DNA of 64,000 nt from Desulfomonilia bacterium (GTDB taxonomy: Bacteria; Desulfobacterota; Desulfomonilia; UBA1062): positions 352,001-416,000 of the forward strand of contig CAXXDQ010000003.1 of assembly GCA_963664325.2 (NCBI GenBank), read 5' to 3'. This document shows, piece by piece, positions 10,388 to 21,849 of the stretch (position 1 is its first letter; each line of letters starts with the position of its first letter). The translations under genes and the position numbers were made by a program. The notes under the pieces are model-generated. The model had not been told where the DNA came from. It searched no databases and saw nothing but the letters and a program-made list of their open reading frames with translations.

Positions 10388-11626
10388 ATGAAGAAGACAA
10401 AGACATTTTTCAATCGGACTCTATGGGGTTTCATCCTTCTCATGGCGCTGGCCGGCCTTCTTGTCTCCAGCTGCGGGAAAAAGGCATCTCTCCCTGGTAC
10501 GCAGACGCCGCAGGTGACCGTGATCAGGGTCGAGCCAAAGGACACCCCGGTGAGCGCGGAGTTCGTGGCGCAGACGCAGAGCTCCCACCAGGTGGAGATC
10601 AGGTCCAGGGTCGACGGGTTCCTCGACAAGCGGGAATATGTCGAGGGCAGCTTCGTCAAGGCTGGACAGGTGATGTTCAGGATGGACGCGAAGCCGTTCC
10701 AGGCGCAGGTGGAGGCCGCTGAGGGCGCACTTTCCCAGCAAAGGGCCCGGCACAACACGGCCAAGGCTGACCTCGCACGGGTCAAGCCTCTCGCAAAGAA
10801 GAACGCCCTTTCCCAGAAGGACCTTGACGATGCCACCGGAAAGGAGGAGGAGGCGGCCGCCTCGGTTCAGACTGCCAAGGCTGACGTCGATCAGGCTCGG
10901 ATCAATCTCGGCTACACCACCATCGCCACCCCTGTGTCGGGCCTGTCGAGCTATTCGCGGGTTCAGGAAGGCTCCTACATCAACATGCAGAACAGCCTCC
11001 TCACCTACGTATCGCAGATCGATCCCATGTGGGTATGCTTCAGCATGTCCGAGGACGACATGCTCAAGATGCGTGGCCAGGTGAAAAGCGGCAAGATCCG
11101 CCTGCCGAAGAACACCGAATACGAAGTCGAGATCACCCTTGCCGATGGCTCAAGCTTCCCAAATAAAGGGCGCATTACGTTCGCCGACGCCGAGTTCAAC
11201 CAGGAGACGGGCACCTTCCTCCTGCGTGCCACGATCCCAAACCCGGACAACGCGCTGAGGCCAGGCCAGTTCGTGCGGGCGCATATCCTGGGCGCGGTCA
11301 GACCGGGCGCGATCCTCGTGCCTCAGCGGGCCGTCCAGGAGGGAGCGAAGGGGCACTTCGTGTGGATCGTGGGCAAAGACAACAAGGCTGAAAACCGGCC
11401 CATCGAAGTCGGTGACTGGCAGGGCAACAGCTGGGTCGTCAACGAGGGGCTTCATTCCGGCGACCTCGTGGTCGTGGACGGCGGCCAGACGCTCGCGCCC
11501 GACAAGACGGTTGTCATCAAGGCCACCATCACGGACGATTCCCCGGCGCCTCCTGTCGCACTGCCGAAACCAGATAGTAAAAAGCCGGAGGCTGTTAATA
11601 GCCCTGGCCAGAACGGGAGAAGCTAG
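10388..11626 (+). CDS. RND efflux periplasmic adaptor (MFP) lipoprotein, copy 1
   Basis: Lipobox VSSC; VEIRSRVDG, EGSFVKAGQ, LRPGQFVR, ILVPQRAV. Confidence 0.93.
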   Translation: MKKTKTFFNRTLWGFILLMALAGLLVSSCGKKASLPGTQTPQVTVIRVEPKDTPVSAEFVAQTQSSHQVEIRSRVDGFLDKREYVEGSFVKAGQVMFRMDAKPFQAQVEAAEGALSQQRARHNTAKADLARVKPLAKKNALSQKDLDDATGKEEEAAASVQTAKADVDQARINLGYTTIATPVSGLSSYSRVQEGSYINMQNSLLTYVSQIDPMWVCFSMSEDDMLKMRGQVKSGKIRLPKNTEYEVEITLADGSSFPNKGRITFADAEFNQETGTFLLRATIPNPDNALRPGQFVRAHILGAVRPGAILVPQRAVQEGAKGHFVWIVGKDNKAENRPIEVGDWQGNSWVVNEGLHSGDLVVVDGGQTLAPDKTVVIKATITDDSPAPPVALPKPDSKKPEAVNSPGQNGRS

Positions 11627-11629
11627 CCC

Positions 11630-14600
11630 ATGTTCTCCAGGTTCTTCATAGAGCGCCCCATCTTTGCCACCGTCGTCTCCATCATCATCGTGATAGCGGG
11701 GCTCGTCGCAATCAAAGTTCTGCCTGTGGAGCAGTACCCCTCGATCACGCCGGTTCAGGTCACCGTGACCGCGCTTTATCCCGGCGCCGACTCTAAGACT
11801 GTGGGCGACTCGGTGGCGGCTCCAATCGAGGCCCAGATCAACGGTATCGACAACATGCTCTATATGACCTCCACCAGCTCCAACACGGGCCAGCTGACCA
11901 TCACGGTCTACTTCGACCTGGGTACCGATCCGGACGACGCCCAGGTGCAGGTGCAGAACAGGGTCAACCTGGCCCTGCCGACGCTGCCCGAAGCGGTGAC
12001 TAAGTACGGGGTGTCCGTGCAGAAGAAATCGTCCTCGATCCTGATGATCGTGGCCTTCTTCAACAAGGACGGCCGGTACAGCCAGGATTATGTGACCAAC
12101 TACACTAATGTCTACGTCCTCGACGCCGTCAAGCGGGTGAACGGCGCCGGCCAGGCGCAGATCTTCGGCATGCCCGATCAGGCCATGCGCATATGGATGA
12201 ACCCGGACAAGATGGCCGGGCTGGGAATCACCACCAGCGACATCCAGAACGCCGTGGCCAGGCAGAACGCCCTCTTTGGCGCCGGCCAGGTCGGCCAGCA
12301 GCCCATGGGCAAGGACGTACAGCTGACGTTCCCCGTGGTGACGCAGCCACCCTTCATGCAGCCCAAGGAGTACGAGAACATCATCCTGAAGTCCAGCCAG
12401 GACGGCAGCGCCATCGTGTGTTTGAAGGACGTGGCTCGGGCCGAGGTGGGCCGGAAGCAGTACATCGACTACAACCTGTTCAACGGCATCCCCGCTGCGT
12501 CCATCGCCATCTACCAGCAGCCCGGCGCCAACGGGCTCGAAGTTTCCAAAAACATCCGTAAGGTCCTCGCGGGCATGAAGTCCTCGATGCCCGAGGGCGT
12601 AGAATACGTCATAGCTCTGGACACCACGGATTTCGTGCGCATCTCCATCAAGGAGGTCGTCCACACTCTGTTCGAAGCCATCCTGCTCGTGATCCTCGTC
12701 GTCTATATCTTTCTGCAGAAGTTCCGGTCTACGATCATTTGTATAGTGGCGATCTTCGTGGCGCTCATCGGCGCCTTCGCCGGGATGCTCGCCATGGGCT
12801 TCTCCATCAACCTGCTCACGCTCTTCGGCATCGTGCTCGCAATCGGTATGGTGGTGGACGACGCTATCGTGGTGGTGGAGAACGTCGAGCGCAATATGAC
12901 CAAATTTAAACTCTCGGCCAGGGAGGCCACCATCAAGGCAATGGAGGAGATCAGCTCGGCGCTCATTGCCGTGGTGCTCGTCATGGCATCGATCTTCATC
13001 CCGGCAGCGTTCCTCCCCGGAACTACGGGCCAGCTCTACAAACAGTTCGCCGTCACCATCGTGATCTCCGTGACCATCTCGGGGTTCGTGGCGCTGACCT
13101 TAAGCCCGGCCATGTGCAGCCTCCTGCTCTCGCAAGGTGAGGCCAAACGAACGGGCCTCTTCAGCGTGCTGAACCGCTTCTTCGATTGGTTCAACCTGAA
13201 GTTCGAGCGCTTCACAGCGGGCTTCGGCGAAGCGGTGGTGCTCATGATCAAGCGTATGACCGTGGCATTCATTCTCCTTGGCTTCCTGATCTGGGCCCTC
13301 GTCCATCTGTTTCTCACCATACCTACGAGTTTCGTGCCCAACGAAGACCAGGGCTATGTTATGGCGCAGCTAGTCATGCCCGACGCCACGAGCTTTTCCC
13401 GTACGGTGGATACGGCCAGGAAAGTGGACGCCCTGTTTGCCCAGAACGAAGCGGTCCAGAACCGGACCACTGTGACCGGTTTCTCCCTCATCGACGGCCA
13501 GTACAAGCCGAACGCGGCCACCTTCTTCATGACATTCAAGGACTTCGAGGAACGCTACTCGTCCATCGCGAACGCTAAAAAAATGAACACCAAGGCCGTG
13601 CTCCTCGACGTATACGGAAAATCGCAAGCTATCAACACGGGCGTGTTCCTCCCGATCGCGCCGCCGCCCATCCCAGGCATCGGCACCACGGGAGGGTTCG
13701 AGTTCTGGATCCAGGACAAGGGGGGCGGCGATCCCGTGCGCCTGGGCGAGATCACCAAGCAGTTTATCGCCAAGGCCAAGGAAAGGCCTGAGTTATCCGG
13801 CCTGAACACCACCTTCCGCGCCTCCTCGCAGCAGCTCAAGGCCGAGGTCGACCGCGCGAAGTCGGTGCTCCTGAACGTTCCGATCGACGACGTGTACAGC
13901 GCCCTGCAGGCCCAGTTCGGCTCGATCCAGGTGAGTCAGTTCAACCAGTACAGCCGCGTATGGAACGTCATCCTCCAGTCCGACGCCCCTTACCGTCAGA
14001 CCCCTGAGGATATCACCCGCCTTTACACGAGGTCCAACACCGGCAAGATGGTCCCGCTCTCCGCTCTTGTGAAGACTAGTTATGTGACGGGGCCTGACCT
14101 CGTGCCGCACTTCAACGGATTCCCGGCAGCCCAGGTAACGGGCTCCGCAGCGACAGGCTACAGCTCGGGCGACGCGATCAAATCCATGGAGGATGTCGCC
14201 CAGCAGGTGCTGCCCGAAGGTTACGGCTTCGCCTGGTCGGGCATGGCCTATCAAGAGAAGAAGTCCGGGAGCACCTCGGCGATCGCCTTCCTGTTCGGCA
14301 TCATCATCGTCTTCCTCGTGCTTTCCGCGCAGTTCGAATCGTGGATCCTGCCCTGCTCGGTCCTGACGGCGGTGCCCTTCGGCATTTTCGGAGCCCTCGT
14401 CTTCAACTGGCTGCGGGGCCTCAACAACGACGTCTACTTCCAGATCGGCCTACTCGTGCTCATAGGGCTCGGCGCCAAGAACGCGGTGCTCAGAGTCGCA
14501 TTCGCTGTGGAGCTGAAGAAACAGGGGCTCTCGGTCATGGATGCGACCATCCAGGCGGGTGAGGAGCGCCTGCGGCCCATCATCATGACGTCGCTCGCCT

Positions 14601-14842
14601 TCATCCTCGGCGTTCTGCCGCTGGCCATTGCAACCGGCGCAGGTGCCAACGCACGCCACTCCATCGGCACCGGAATCATGGGCGGCATGATCGGCGAAAC
14701 CACACTGGCCATGCTCTACGTGCCGCTGTTCTTCTACATCTTCGATACACTTGCGGACCGTAAAAAGGAAAAGAAGAAAGTGTCCTCACCGCCGGGTGAG
14801 GCATCCAGCGGCTCTCCCGAACCGGGCAAAGGGGATACATAG
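11630..14842 (+). CDS. RND efflux permease (HAE1, AcrB/MexB/BepE-like), copy 1
   Basis: MFSRFFIERPIFA, GMVVDDAIVVVENVER, RLRPIIMTSLAFILGV. Confidence 0.96.
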   Translation: MFSRFFIERPIFATVVSIIIVIAGLVAIKVLPVEQYPSITPVQVTVTALYPGADSKTVGDSVAAPIEAQINGIDNMLYMTSTSSNTGQLTITVYFDLGTDPDDAQVQVQNRVNLALPTLPEAVTKYGVSVQKKSSSILMIVAFFNKDGRYSQDYVTNYTNVYVLDAVKRVNGAGQAQIFGMPDQAMRIWMNPDKMAGLGITTSDIQNAVARQNALFGAGQVGQQPMGKDVQLTFPVVTQPPFMQPKEYENIILKSSQDGSAIVCLKDVARAEVGRKQYIDYNLFNGIPAASIAIYQQPGANGLEVSKNIRKVLAGMKSSMPEGVEYVIALDTTDFVRISIKEVVHTLFEAILLVILVVYIFLQKFRSTIICIVAIFVALIGAFAGMLAMGFSINLLTLFGIVLAIGMVVDDAIVVVENVERNMTKFKLSAREATIKAMEEISSALIAVVLVMASIFIPAAFLPGTTGQLYKQFAVTIVISVTISGFVALTLSPAMCSLLLSQGEAKRTGLFSVLNRFFDWFNLKFERFTAGFGEAVVLMIKRMTVAFILLGFLIWALVHLFLTIPTSFVPNEDQGYVMAQLVMPDATSFSRTVDTARKVDALFAQNEAVQNRTTVTGFSLIDGQYKPNAATFFMTFKDFEERYSSIANAKKMNTKAVLLDVYGKSQAINTGVFLPIAPPPIPGIGTTGGFEFWIQDKGGGDPVRLGEITKQFIAKAKERPELSGLNTTFRASSQQLKAEVDRAKSVLLNVPIDDVYSALQAQFGSIQVSQFNQYSRVWNVILQSDAPYRQTPEDITRLYTRSNTGKMVPLSALVKTSYVTGPDLVPHFNGFPAAQVTGSAATGYSSGDAIKSMEDVAQQVLPEGYGFAWSGMAYQEKKSGSTSAIAFLFGIIIVFLVLSAQFESWILPCSVLTAVPFGIFGALVFNWLRGLNNDVYFQIGLLVLIGLGAKNAVLRVAFAVELKKQGLSVMDATIQAGEERLRPIIMTSLAFILGVLPLAIATGAGANARHSIGTGIMGGMIGETTLAMLYVPLFFYIFDTLADRKKEKKKVSSPPGEASSGSPEPGKGDT

Positions 14843-14981
14843 CGCGCGACGCTCTGTCATCCCCACAAAGCCTGCTCGAACATCTTGGCTTAAGTTCCGG
14901 TATTTTTCCTGATTTGGTTAAATTATTTAATTAAAGATACCGATAAACAACTTACTTATTGTTGTACGGGGAGGAAATAAT

Positions 14982-16199
14982 ATGAAGTCGAACGGAACTG
15001 ATATTTGTTTCACTACTTCATCCGGGCATATCGGATCCTATCTCGCAATATCGGTGATCTGCCTGACAGTGATCTTTGCGGGCGGCTGCGATAAATTTTT
15101 TAAAAAACCCCAGCCGAAGACCATGGGAAACGATGTTGTAGCGATAACGATAACCCAGAAAGATACACCTGTAACATTTGAACTGCTCGGACAGACCGAA
15201 AGTTCGCACAAGGTCGAAATAAGGGCGAGGATAGAAGGTTTCCTCGACAAACAGCTCTATGCTGACGGCTCTTATGTGAAGGCTAACCAGCCCATGTTTC
15301 TCATAGACCCCAAACCCTTCCAGGCCGCGCTTCAGGAGGCCAAAGGACAGCTTGCCGAACAAAAGGCCAGACACTGGACCGCGCAGGCGAACCTCAAGAG
15401 GGTAAAGCCCCTGGCTGCGAAGAACGCACTCAGCCAGAAAGATCTCGATGATGCGACCGGTCAGGAGCAGGAGGCCGCCGCAGCCGTCCTTGCAGCCGAA
15501 GGGCAGGTCAGGACAGCTGAGCTCAATCTTAGCTATACGAATATCTACTCACCGGTCGACGGGATTTCATCGAATGCACAGAAAATGACAGGAAGCTATA
15601 TTTCGGCCACTGACAGTCTTCTCACCTATGTGGCGAAACTGGACCCTATATGGGTGAACTCGAGCGTAAGTGAAAATGAATACCTGAGGCTTAGGAAATC
15701 GGCAGCTGAAAAGACCTTGATATTCCCGAAAGATGAAGCTTATGAGGTCGAACTGGTACTGGCTGACGGCTCTACTTATCCTATCAAAGGTCGCATGCTT
15801 TTTGCCGATCCCTCGTTCAGCCAGGAAACCGGCACGTTTATGGTCAGGGCTGAGATAGCCAATCCCCATCACATGCTCAAGCCCGGCCAGTTCGTCAGGG
15901 TGCACCTCAAGGGTGCGATCAAACCCAAAGCGATAAGCGTGCCAAGAAAATCGGTCCTTGAAGGTGCCAAAGGCAATTTCGTATGGGTTGTAGACAAGGA
16001 CAACAAGGCAGAGGTCAGGCAGGTCACTTTAGGACAATGGCAGGGTGATGATGTTTTCGTTGAATCCGGGTTGTTCCCGGGCGAAAGGGTCGTTACCGAC
16101 GGGATACAAAAGCTCTCAGACGGGATGGCCATCAAGATCGTCGACAAGCTGAAGTCCGATGGAGGGGGCGCTCAATCAAATACAGGCAGTTCCAAATAG
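14982..16199 (+). CDS. RND efflux periplasmic adaptor (MFP), copy 2
   Basis: Lipobox-like FAGGC; paralog of 10388-11626 (shared RVKPLAxKNALSQKDLDDATG). Confidence 0.93.
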   Translation: MKSNGTDICFTTSSGHIGSYLAISVICLTVIFAGGCDKFFKKPQPKTMGNDVVAITITQKDTPVTFELLGQTESSHKVEIRARIEGFLDKQLYADGSYVKANQPMFLIDPKPFQAALQEAKGQLAEQKARHWTAQANLKRVKPLAAKNALSQKDLDDATGQEQEAAAAVLAAEGQVRTAELNLSYTNIYSPVDGISSNAQKMTGSYISATDSLLTYVAKLDPIWVNSSVSENEYLRLRKSAAEKTLIFPKDEAYEVELVLADGSTYPIKGRMLFADPSFSQETGTFMVRAEIANPHHMLKPGQFVRVHLKGAIKPKAISVPRKSVLEGAKGNFVWVVDKDNKAEVRQVTLGQWQGDDVFVESGLFPGERVVTDGIQKLSDGMAIKIVDKLKSDGGGAQSNTGSSK

Positions 16200-16214
16200 G
16201 CTGAGGAGATTTGT

Positions 16215-19200
16215 ATGTTCTCTAAATTCTTTATAGAGCGGCCAATATTCGCATCTGTCATCTCCCTTGTAATCGTCATCGCCGGGGGTGTCGCGATGTA
16301 CAACCTCCCGATAGCCCAGTACCCTGACATCACCCCGCCGTGCATAACGGTGTCGACAAACTATCCAGGGGCAAGCGCCGATGTCATCGCGAATAACGTC
16401 GCAGCGCCTATCGAGCTGCAGGTTAACGGTGTCGACAACATGATATACATGCAGTCCGCATCGTCGAGCACAGGCAGCATGAACCTCATGGTCTACTTCG
16501 ACATAGGCACCAACCCCGACATGGCACAGGTGAATGTCCAGAACCGCGTGAGCCTTGCCATGCCAATGCTGCCGCAGGCGGTCGCCAATCAGGGTGTCCA
16601 GGTGCAGAAGAAGTCCACATCGTTCATGATGATCATAGGCATCTATTCCCCTGACGGCAGATATGACCAGAACTATGTCGCGAACTATGCAAACCTTTAC
16701 GTGCTGAGCGCACTGCAGATGGTCAACGGAGCAAACCAGTCTTCGATCCTCGGTATGCCGAATTACGCCATGAGGATATGGCTCAAGCCCGACAGGATGG
16801 CTCAATTGGGGATTACCGCCACCGATGTCACGAGCGCCATTTACAACCAGAATCAGCAGTTCGCAGTCGGCAAGATAGGGGCTGCCCCTACCGATCATCC
16901 CGTCGAGCAGACATTCACCGTTTCCACTCAGGGCAGGCTCACGACCCCGGATGAATTCGAAAACATAATCATCCGTTCCAAAAAGAATGGCGCTATTGTG
17001 AGACTGAGGGATGTCGGCAGCGCCCAGCTCGGCGCCCAGGACTATTCAGTCAGGACCAAAATGAATGGCAAAACGGCGACCCTTATAGCCGTCTACCAGC
17101 AGGCCGGCGCAAATGCCATGGATGTCTCGAAACAGGTGAAAGAAACAATGGAAAAGCTCAAGAAGAGCTTCCCTGACGGCATCGACTACAAGATAGCGCT
17201 TGACTCCACAGAATTTATAAGGGCTTCCATCAAGGATGTCATCATAACATTCTTCATCGCCTGCGTGCTTGTCATCCTGGTCGTTTTCATATTCATCCAG
17301 AACGTAAAGGCGACAATAATCCCGATACTTGCCGTCCCCATATCCATAATCGGAACAGCAATCGGAATGATGCTGTTCGGCTTCTCGCTCAATATGCTCA
17401 CGCTGTTCGGGATGGTGCTCGCCATCGGTATCGTCGTCGACGACGCCATAGTCGTCATCGAAAACGTCGAGAGGAATATGGAGCAGAACAAACTGCCGCC
17501 GAAGGAGGCGGCCATAAAGGCCATGGAGGAGGTCTCCGGGCCTGTCGTCGCGATTGTGCTCGTTCTTTGCGCCGTGTTCCTTCCTGTCGCATTCCTTTCC
17601 GGCATGACCGGTCAGCTCTACAAGCAGTTCGCAATCACGATTGCCATATCGGTCGTGTTCTCGGGCATCATAGCGCTGACCCTATCGCCTGCCCTGGCAG
17701 CGATCCTTCTGAAACACAGGGAGGGGGAGAAGAAAGGCTTCTTCAAATGGTTCGAGGCCGGCTTCACAGGGTTCACCAACAGCTATGTCAGGGGCGTGGA
17801 AAAGATACTGAGCCGCAAGAAGATGGCGGTGATAATATTTCTTCTGGTCATAGCCGCTTCTGCGGCCATGTTCCTGCATATCCCCACCGGATTTGTTCCC
17901 CCAGAGGACCAGGGTTACCTCTTCGGCATATCGATGCTGCCTGACGCATCGAGCCTCGACAAGACCGAGGCCGTGGATGACCGCGCAGCTGAGGTTTTCA
18001 AAAGTCACCCGGCCGTTCAGGATGTGAGCGAATTCAGCGGCTACAGTCTTATCGACTCGCAGACAAAGACCAATGCAGGGGTCATCTTCGTTTCGCTCAA
18101 GGATTTCGAGAAAAGAAAAGGCCTGAAACTCTCCGCGAAGGCGGTGATGTTCAAGGCGAACAATGAATTCGTGACGTACAAGGATGCCATGGTCTTCCCA
18201 TCGAATCCCCCATCCATCCCGGGCCTCGGAAACATGGGCGGATTCCAGTTCTGGATATTGAACCAGGGCGAGGGTGATACGACAAAACTCGCAGCCGTGA
18301 CCCAGAAGTTCATAGAAGAGGCAAACAAGCAGCCGGAACTCTCCAAAGTCAACTCAACGATTAACCCGTTTTCGCAGCAGGTCTGGGTTGATGTCGACAG
18401 GGAGAAGGCCGAAAACCTCGGCGTCCCGGTCCAGGATGTCTATCAGACCCTGCAGATATTCTTCGGCAGCGTCTATATCTCTCAGTTCACCAAGTTCAGC
18501 CGTCTCTGGCAGGTGATTGTCCAGGCAGAGTCCAAGTACCGGCTGAAGCCCGAGGATCTGGGCCAGGTTTATGTACGCTCCAACGACAACAAGATGGTTC
18601 CTATGAAGGCGCTGATAACGACGAAATATTATTCAGGCCCTGATATTATGAACCGCTTCAACAATTTCCCTGCGGCCAGCATCATAGGCGGCGCAGCCAC
18701 CGGCCACAGCTCAGGCGAGGCAATCGCCGCGATGGAACGAGTGGCCAAACAGGTCCTGCCTCAGGACTTCTCTTTTGCATGGGAAGGCGAGGCGTTCGAA
18801 CAGAAGAAGGCCAGCTCGGCGTCCTCAATGGTGTTCGTCTTCGGGCTTGTCATGGTGTTCCTCATACTTGCGGCCCAGTATGAAAAATGGTCTCTCCCCT
18901 TCGGTGTGCTGATGGCGGTTCCGTTTGCGCTCTTCGGCGCCCTTCTGGCGATTCTCTTAAGGGGGACCGAAAACGACATATATTTCCAGATAGGCCTTCT
19001 AACTCTTATCGCACTTGCAGCGAAGAACGCGATCCTTATCTTCGAATTCGCCGTGGACCAGATGAAAGCAGGCATGAGCGTAAGGGAGGCGGCCCTGACT
19101 GCAGCAAGGCTGAGGATCAGGCCGATCGTCATGACATCGATCGCCTTCGTGCTCGGATGCGTTCCGCTTGCTGTAGCCAGCGGCGCATCAATGAACAGCA

Positions 19201-19379
19201 GGCATTCGATAGGCACCGGCGTTATAGGCGGCATGCTCGGGGCGACGCTCATAGCAATATTCTTCATCCCCCTGTTCTTCGTCTTATTTGAAAAGGAGGG
19301 AAAGGAGAAAGCCTCGGCCGAAGCAGGTGAAGTGGAAAAAACTGCAGTTAAAGAACCTTTTGAAAAGGAGGGAAACTGA
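16215..19379 (+). CDS. RND efflux permease (HAE1), copy 2
   Basis: MFSKFFIERPIFA, GIVVDDAIVVIENVER, RIRPIVMTSIAF. Confidence 0.96.
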   Translation: MFSKFFIERPIFASVISLVIVIAGGVAMYNLPIAQYPDITPPCITVSTNYPGASADVIANNVAAPIELQVNGVDNMIYMQSASSSTGSMNLMVYFDIGTNPDMAQVNVQNRVSLAMPMLPQAVANQGVQVQKKSTSFMMIIGIYSPDGRYDQNYVANYANLYVLSALQMVNGANQSSILGMPNYAMRIWLKPDRMAQLGITATDVTSAIYNQNQQFAVGKIGAAPTDHPVEQTFTVSTQGRLTTPDEFENIIIRSKKNGAIVRLRDVGSAQLGAQDYSVRTKMNGKTATLIAVYQQAGANAMDVSKQVKETMEKLKKSFPDGIDYKIALDSTEFIRASIKDVIITFFIACVLVILVVFIFIQNVKATIIPILAVPISIIGTAIGMMLFGFSLNMLTLFGMVLAIGIVVDDAIVVIENVERNMEQNKLPPKEAAIKAMEEVSGPVVAIVLVLCAVFLPVAFLSGMTGQLYKQFAITIAISVVFSGIIALTLSPALAAILLKHREGEKKGFFKWFEAGFTGFTNSYVRGVEKILSRKKMAVIIFLLVIAASAAMFLHIPTGFVPPEDQGYLFGISMLPDASSLDKTEAVDDRAAEVFKSHPAVQDVSEFSGYSLIDSQTKTNAGVIFVSLKDFEKRKGLKLSAKAVMFKANNEFVTYKDAMVFPSNPPSIPGLGNMGGFQFWILNQGEGDTTKLAAVTQKFIEEANKQPELSKVNSTINPFSQQVWVDVDREKAENLGVPVQDVYQTLQIFFGSVYISQFTKFSRLWQVIVQAESKYRLKPEDLGQVYVRSNDNKMVPMKALITTKYYSGPDIMNRFNNFPAASIIGGAATGHSSGEAIAAMERVAKQVLPQDFSFAWEGEAFEQKKASSASSMVFVFGLVMVFLILAAQYEKWSLPFGVLMAVPFALFGALLAILLRGTENDIYFQIGLLTLIALAAKNAILIFEFAVDQMKAGMSVREAALTAARLRIRPIVMTSIAFVLGCVPLAVASGASMNSRHSIGTGVIGGMLGATLIAIFFIPLFFVLFEKEGKEKASAEAGEVEKTAVKEPFEKEGN

Positions 19380-19380
19380 C

Positions 19381-20815
19381 ATGATTAGGCGAATCATATA
19401 TCTTTTGATAATACTGACGCTCAGTGCCTGCGCCCTTGGAAAGGATTACAAGCGTCCCAAGATCGACACGCCTGAGAAGTTCAGGTTTTCAGAGAAGGAC
19501 GCAACGGCCATAGCGGATTCCGCCTGGTGGAAGACCTTCGGGGACGCGAATCTGGACAGCATCATCGATGAGGCGGTCAAGAATAACTATGACGTGAGGG
19601 TCGCCGAGGCAAGAGTCGAAGAATATATGGGAAAATTGAAGACAACCCGGTCATTCCTGTTCCCGCAGATCGGCGGCACTGCTGCGGGAGAAAGGCAAAA
19701 GTATTCCGAAAAGGGCATTACCACGATACCGGATAGCCAGAGTCCTTATGTCAATCTGTATCAGGCTAACCTCGCTGTTTCCAGCTGGGAGATCGACCTG
19801 TGGGGCAAATTGAGAAGAGCCACCGAGGCCGCGAGGGCCGACATGATAGGACAGGAGGAATACAAGAAGGGCATCCTCCTGACCGTCATCAACAAGGTCG
19901 CCATCGGATATCTCAATCTTGTCAGCCTGGACATCCAGCTTAAAATCGCCAGGGATACAGTAGGCACAAGGGCCGAGAATCTGAAGATATTCCAGGAGAG
20001 ATATGATGCGGGTACGGTCTCCGGCGTTGTGCTGAATCAGAACGCCTCAGACTATTACGCCGCTCTCGCCTCGATACCGCAGATTGAAAACCAGATTTCA
20101 CAGCAGGAGGACAATCTTGCCATCCTGCTCGGAAGAAATCCCGGGCCTATAGAAAGGACAATCCCGAAAAAAGATATATCTTATCCGGCCGTTCCTTCGG
20201 GGATCCCCTCCGACCTGCTTGACAGGAGGCCGGACATAAGGCAGGCGGAGGAGGCCCTGCATGCCGCTCAGGCAAGGATATGGGTTGCGAAGTCCCAGTA
20301 TTTTCCGAGCATACAGCTGAGAGGCGCATATGGCGTTGCAAGCACAGAGCTCAACAGCCTGTTCACGGGACCTGCCAACACATGGAACTTCATCGTTCCG
20401 ATAACCGCCCCTATATTCACGGCGGGCAACATCGCAGGCCAGGTCAGGACAGCCGAGGCCGCGCAGAAGGAGGCGCTGGCGACATACCAGAAGACCATCC
20501 AGCAGGCGTTCGCCGATGTCGAAAAACTCGCTCATAAACAACCAGAAGAGCCGTGAGCAGGCGGATGTCTTGTCCAAGCAGGTTGTCGCCCTGACAAACT
20601 ATTACCAGCTCGCCCGCCTGCAGTATGAAAACGGATACACCGACTACACGACGGTTATGGACGCCGAAAGGCAGCTATTCAGCTGCGAACTCAACTATGT
20701 CCAGACAAGGTTCACGCAGGGGGTCGCCCTGATAAACCTCTTCACATCACTGGGTGGAGGATGGAAGGACGCCGAGGCTGTCGAGAACGCGGACAGGAAG
20801 CAGGCGAAAAAATAG
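19381..20815 (+). CDS. Outer-membrane efflux lipoprotein (OprM/NodT family), one apparent frameshift near 20522
   Basis: Lipobox LSAC, WEIDLWG, PSDLLDRRPDIRQAE, SLGGGW; removing one A from GAAAAAC gives DVENSLINNQK and joins the two ORFs. Confidence 0.9.
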
Positions 20816-21029
20816 CTTAAAGGTTTAACAGGGATTCCGGGAATGAAGGTGCATAAAACCTTTTTTCAAGTTTTTATGTTCACTTTGCTTGTGCTTACGA
20901 TTACTGCTGGATGATTAACAAAAGGCAATGCTTAAACCCACACTCTATTTGTTCTAAGTTCATTAGAGATTTCGTGCCAAGATACAAGCTTTGAAAATGT
21001 ATCAATAAATGATAGATCTCTGTCTCAGA

Positions 21030-21700
21030 TCATGAATTTCTCGCTACTCTGTGTGAGCAGCCCTTTCCGGTTATATGGAAATCGTGCATGCCGAAGGTCC
21101 CCAGCCCTGCAGCATATGCTATGTGACGGTGCGACCGCGGCGAAGCCCAACCCACCACCGGATACCTCTTCTTCCTGAACATGGGGGTTACGTCTGGGGC
21201 TATGGCCAATATGCCGTTTCCCATCAGGAATTCAATAACTTCCCGGACGACGGTCTGGCTGAATATCTCGCCTGAAAGCCTTGTCTGAGCCCACCACTCC
21301 GAGGGCCAGTCTGTTTGGCCTTGTCGGAATTGGTCCTTTTCGTGATAGGCATGACGAACAACACAAAACTGAGGTCCCTGGCTTCAGGCGGGGCAACGCC
21401 GTTCTTTTCCGCCTGCCAGGCCATTATCTCATAGGGAGTGAAATGGTGGGGGCAGATGATCCTTTTAAAGTCTGTGAAAATGGGGTCGTCACCTCTGACA
21501 AAATCTATGAGCGACTCGTCAAATATCTTCTCGCCGTAAAATGGATATTCCATGCTGTTGTCAGGATGACTGGCGATTTTATCTCTGAGGGTGCTGATAA
21601 ACCATGCCTCTTCAAATTTGGAGTCGCTTCCTTTGCTTGCTTTATTCAGAGATGGCTGCTCCGGATGGCCTATGCCGCGCATCTCGCCGATGGTGTTCTT
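21030..21700 (-). pseudogene. Epoxyqueuosine-reductase-like (4Fe-4S) protein fragment, frameshifted and 3'-truncated
   Basis: KIFDESLIDFVRGDDPIF...LFVMPIT then SHRHIAYAAGLGTFGMHDFHIT; ends before the ferredoxin Cys motifs; boundaries approximate. Confidence 0.6.
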
Positions 21701-21849
21701 TATGCCGCCTATATCGCTCAGAAAGAAAAACCTGCGATAACCGTCCTTCATTTTTCGTCTGTGGTCCATAAAAGCATGACCTTCTCTCGTCGATTGTACA
21801 ATTATACCGTTTCGTTTATATTGATTCAAATATTTGTTTTGGAGGTGTT

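Noticed and set aside
11150-12664. 504-aa minus-strand ORF and other long antisense ORFs over the RND genes
   Set aside because: Shadow ORFs typical of GC-rich coding sequence; no motifs
14843-14900. Decayed start of an OMF gene after RND copy 1
   Set aside because: Only a few suggestive codons and no open frame; cannot be supported
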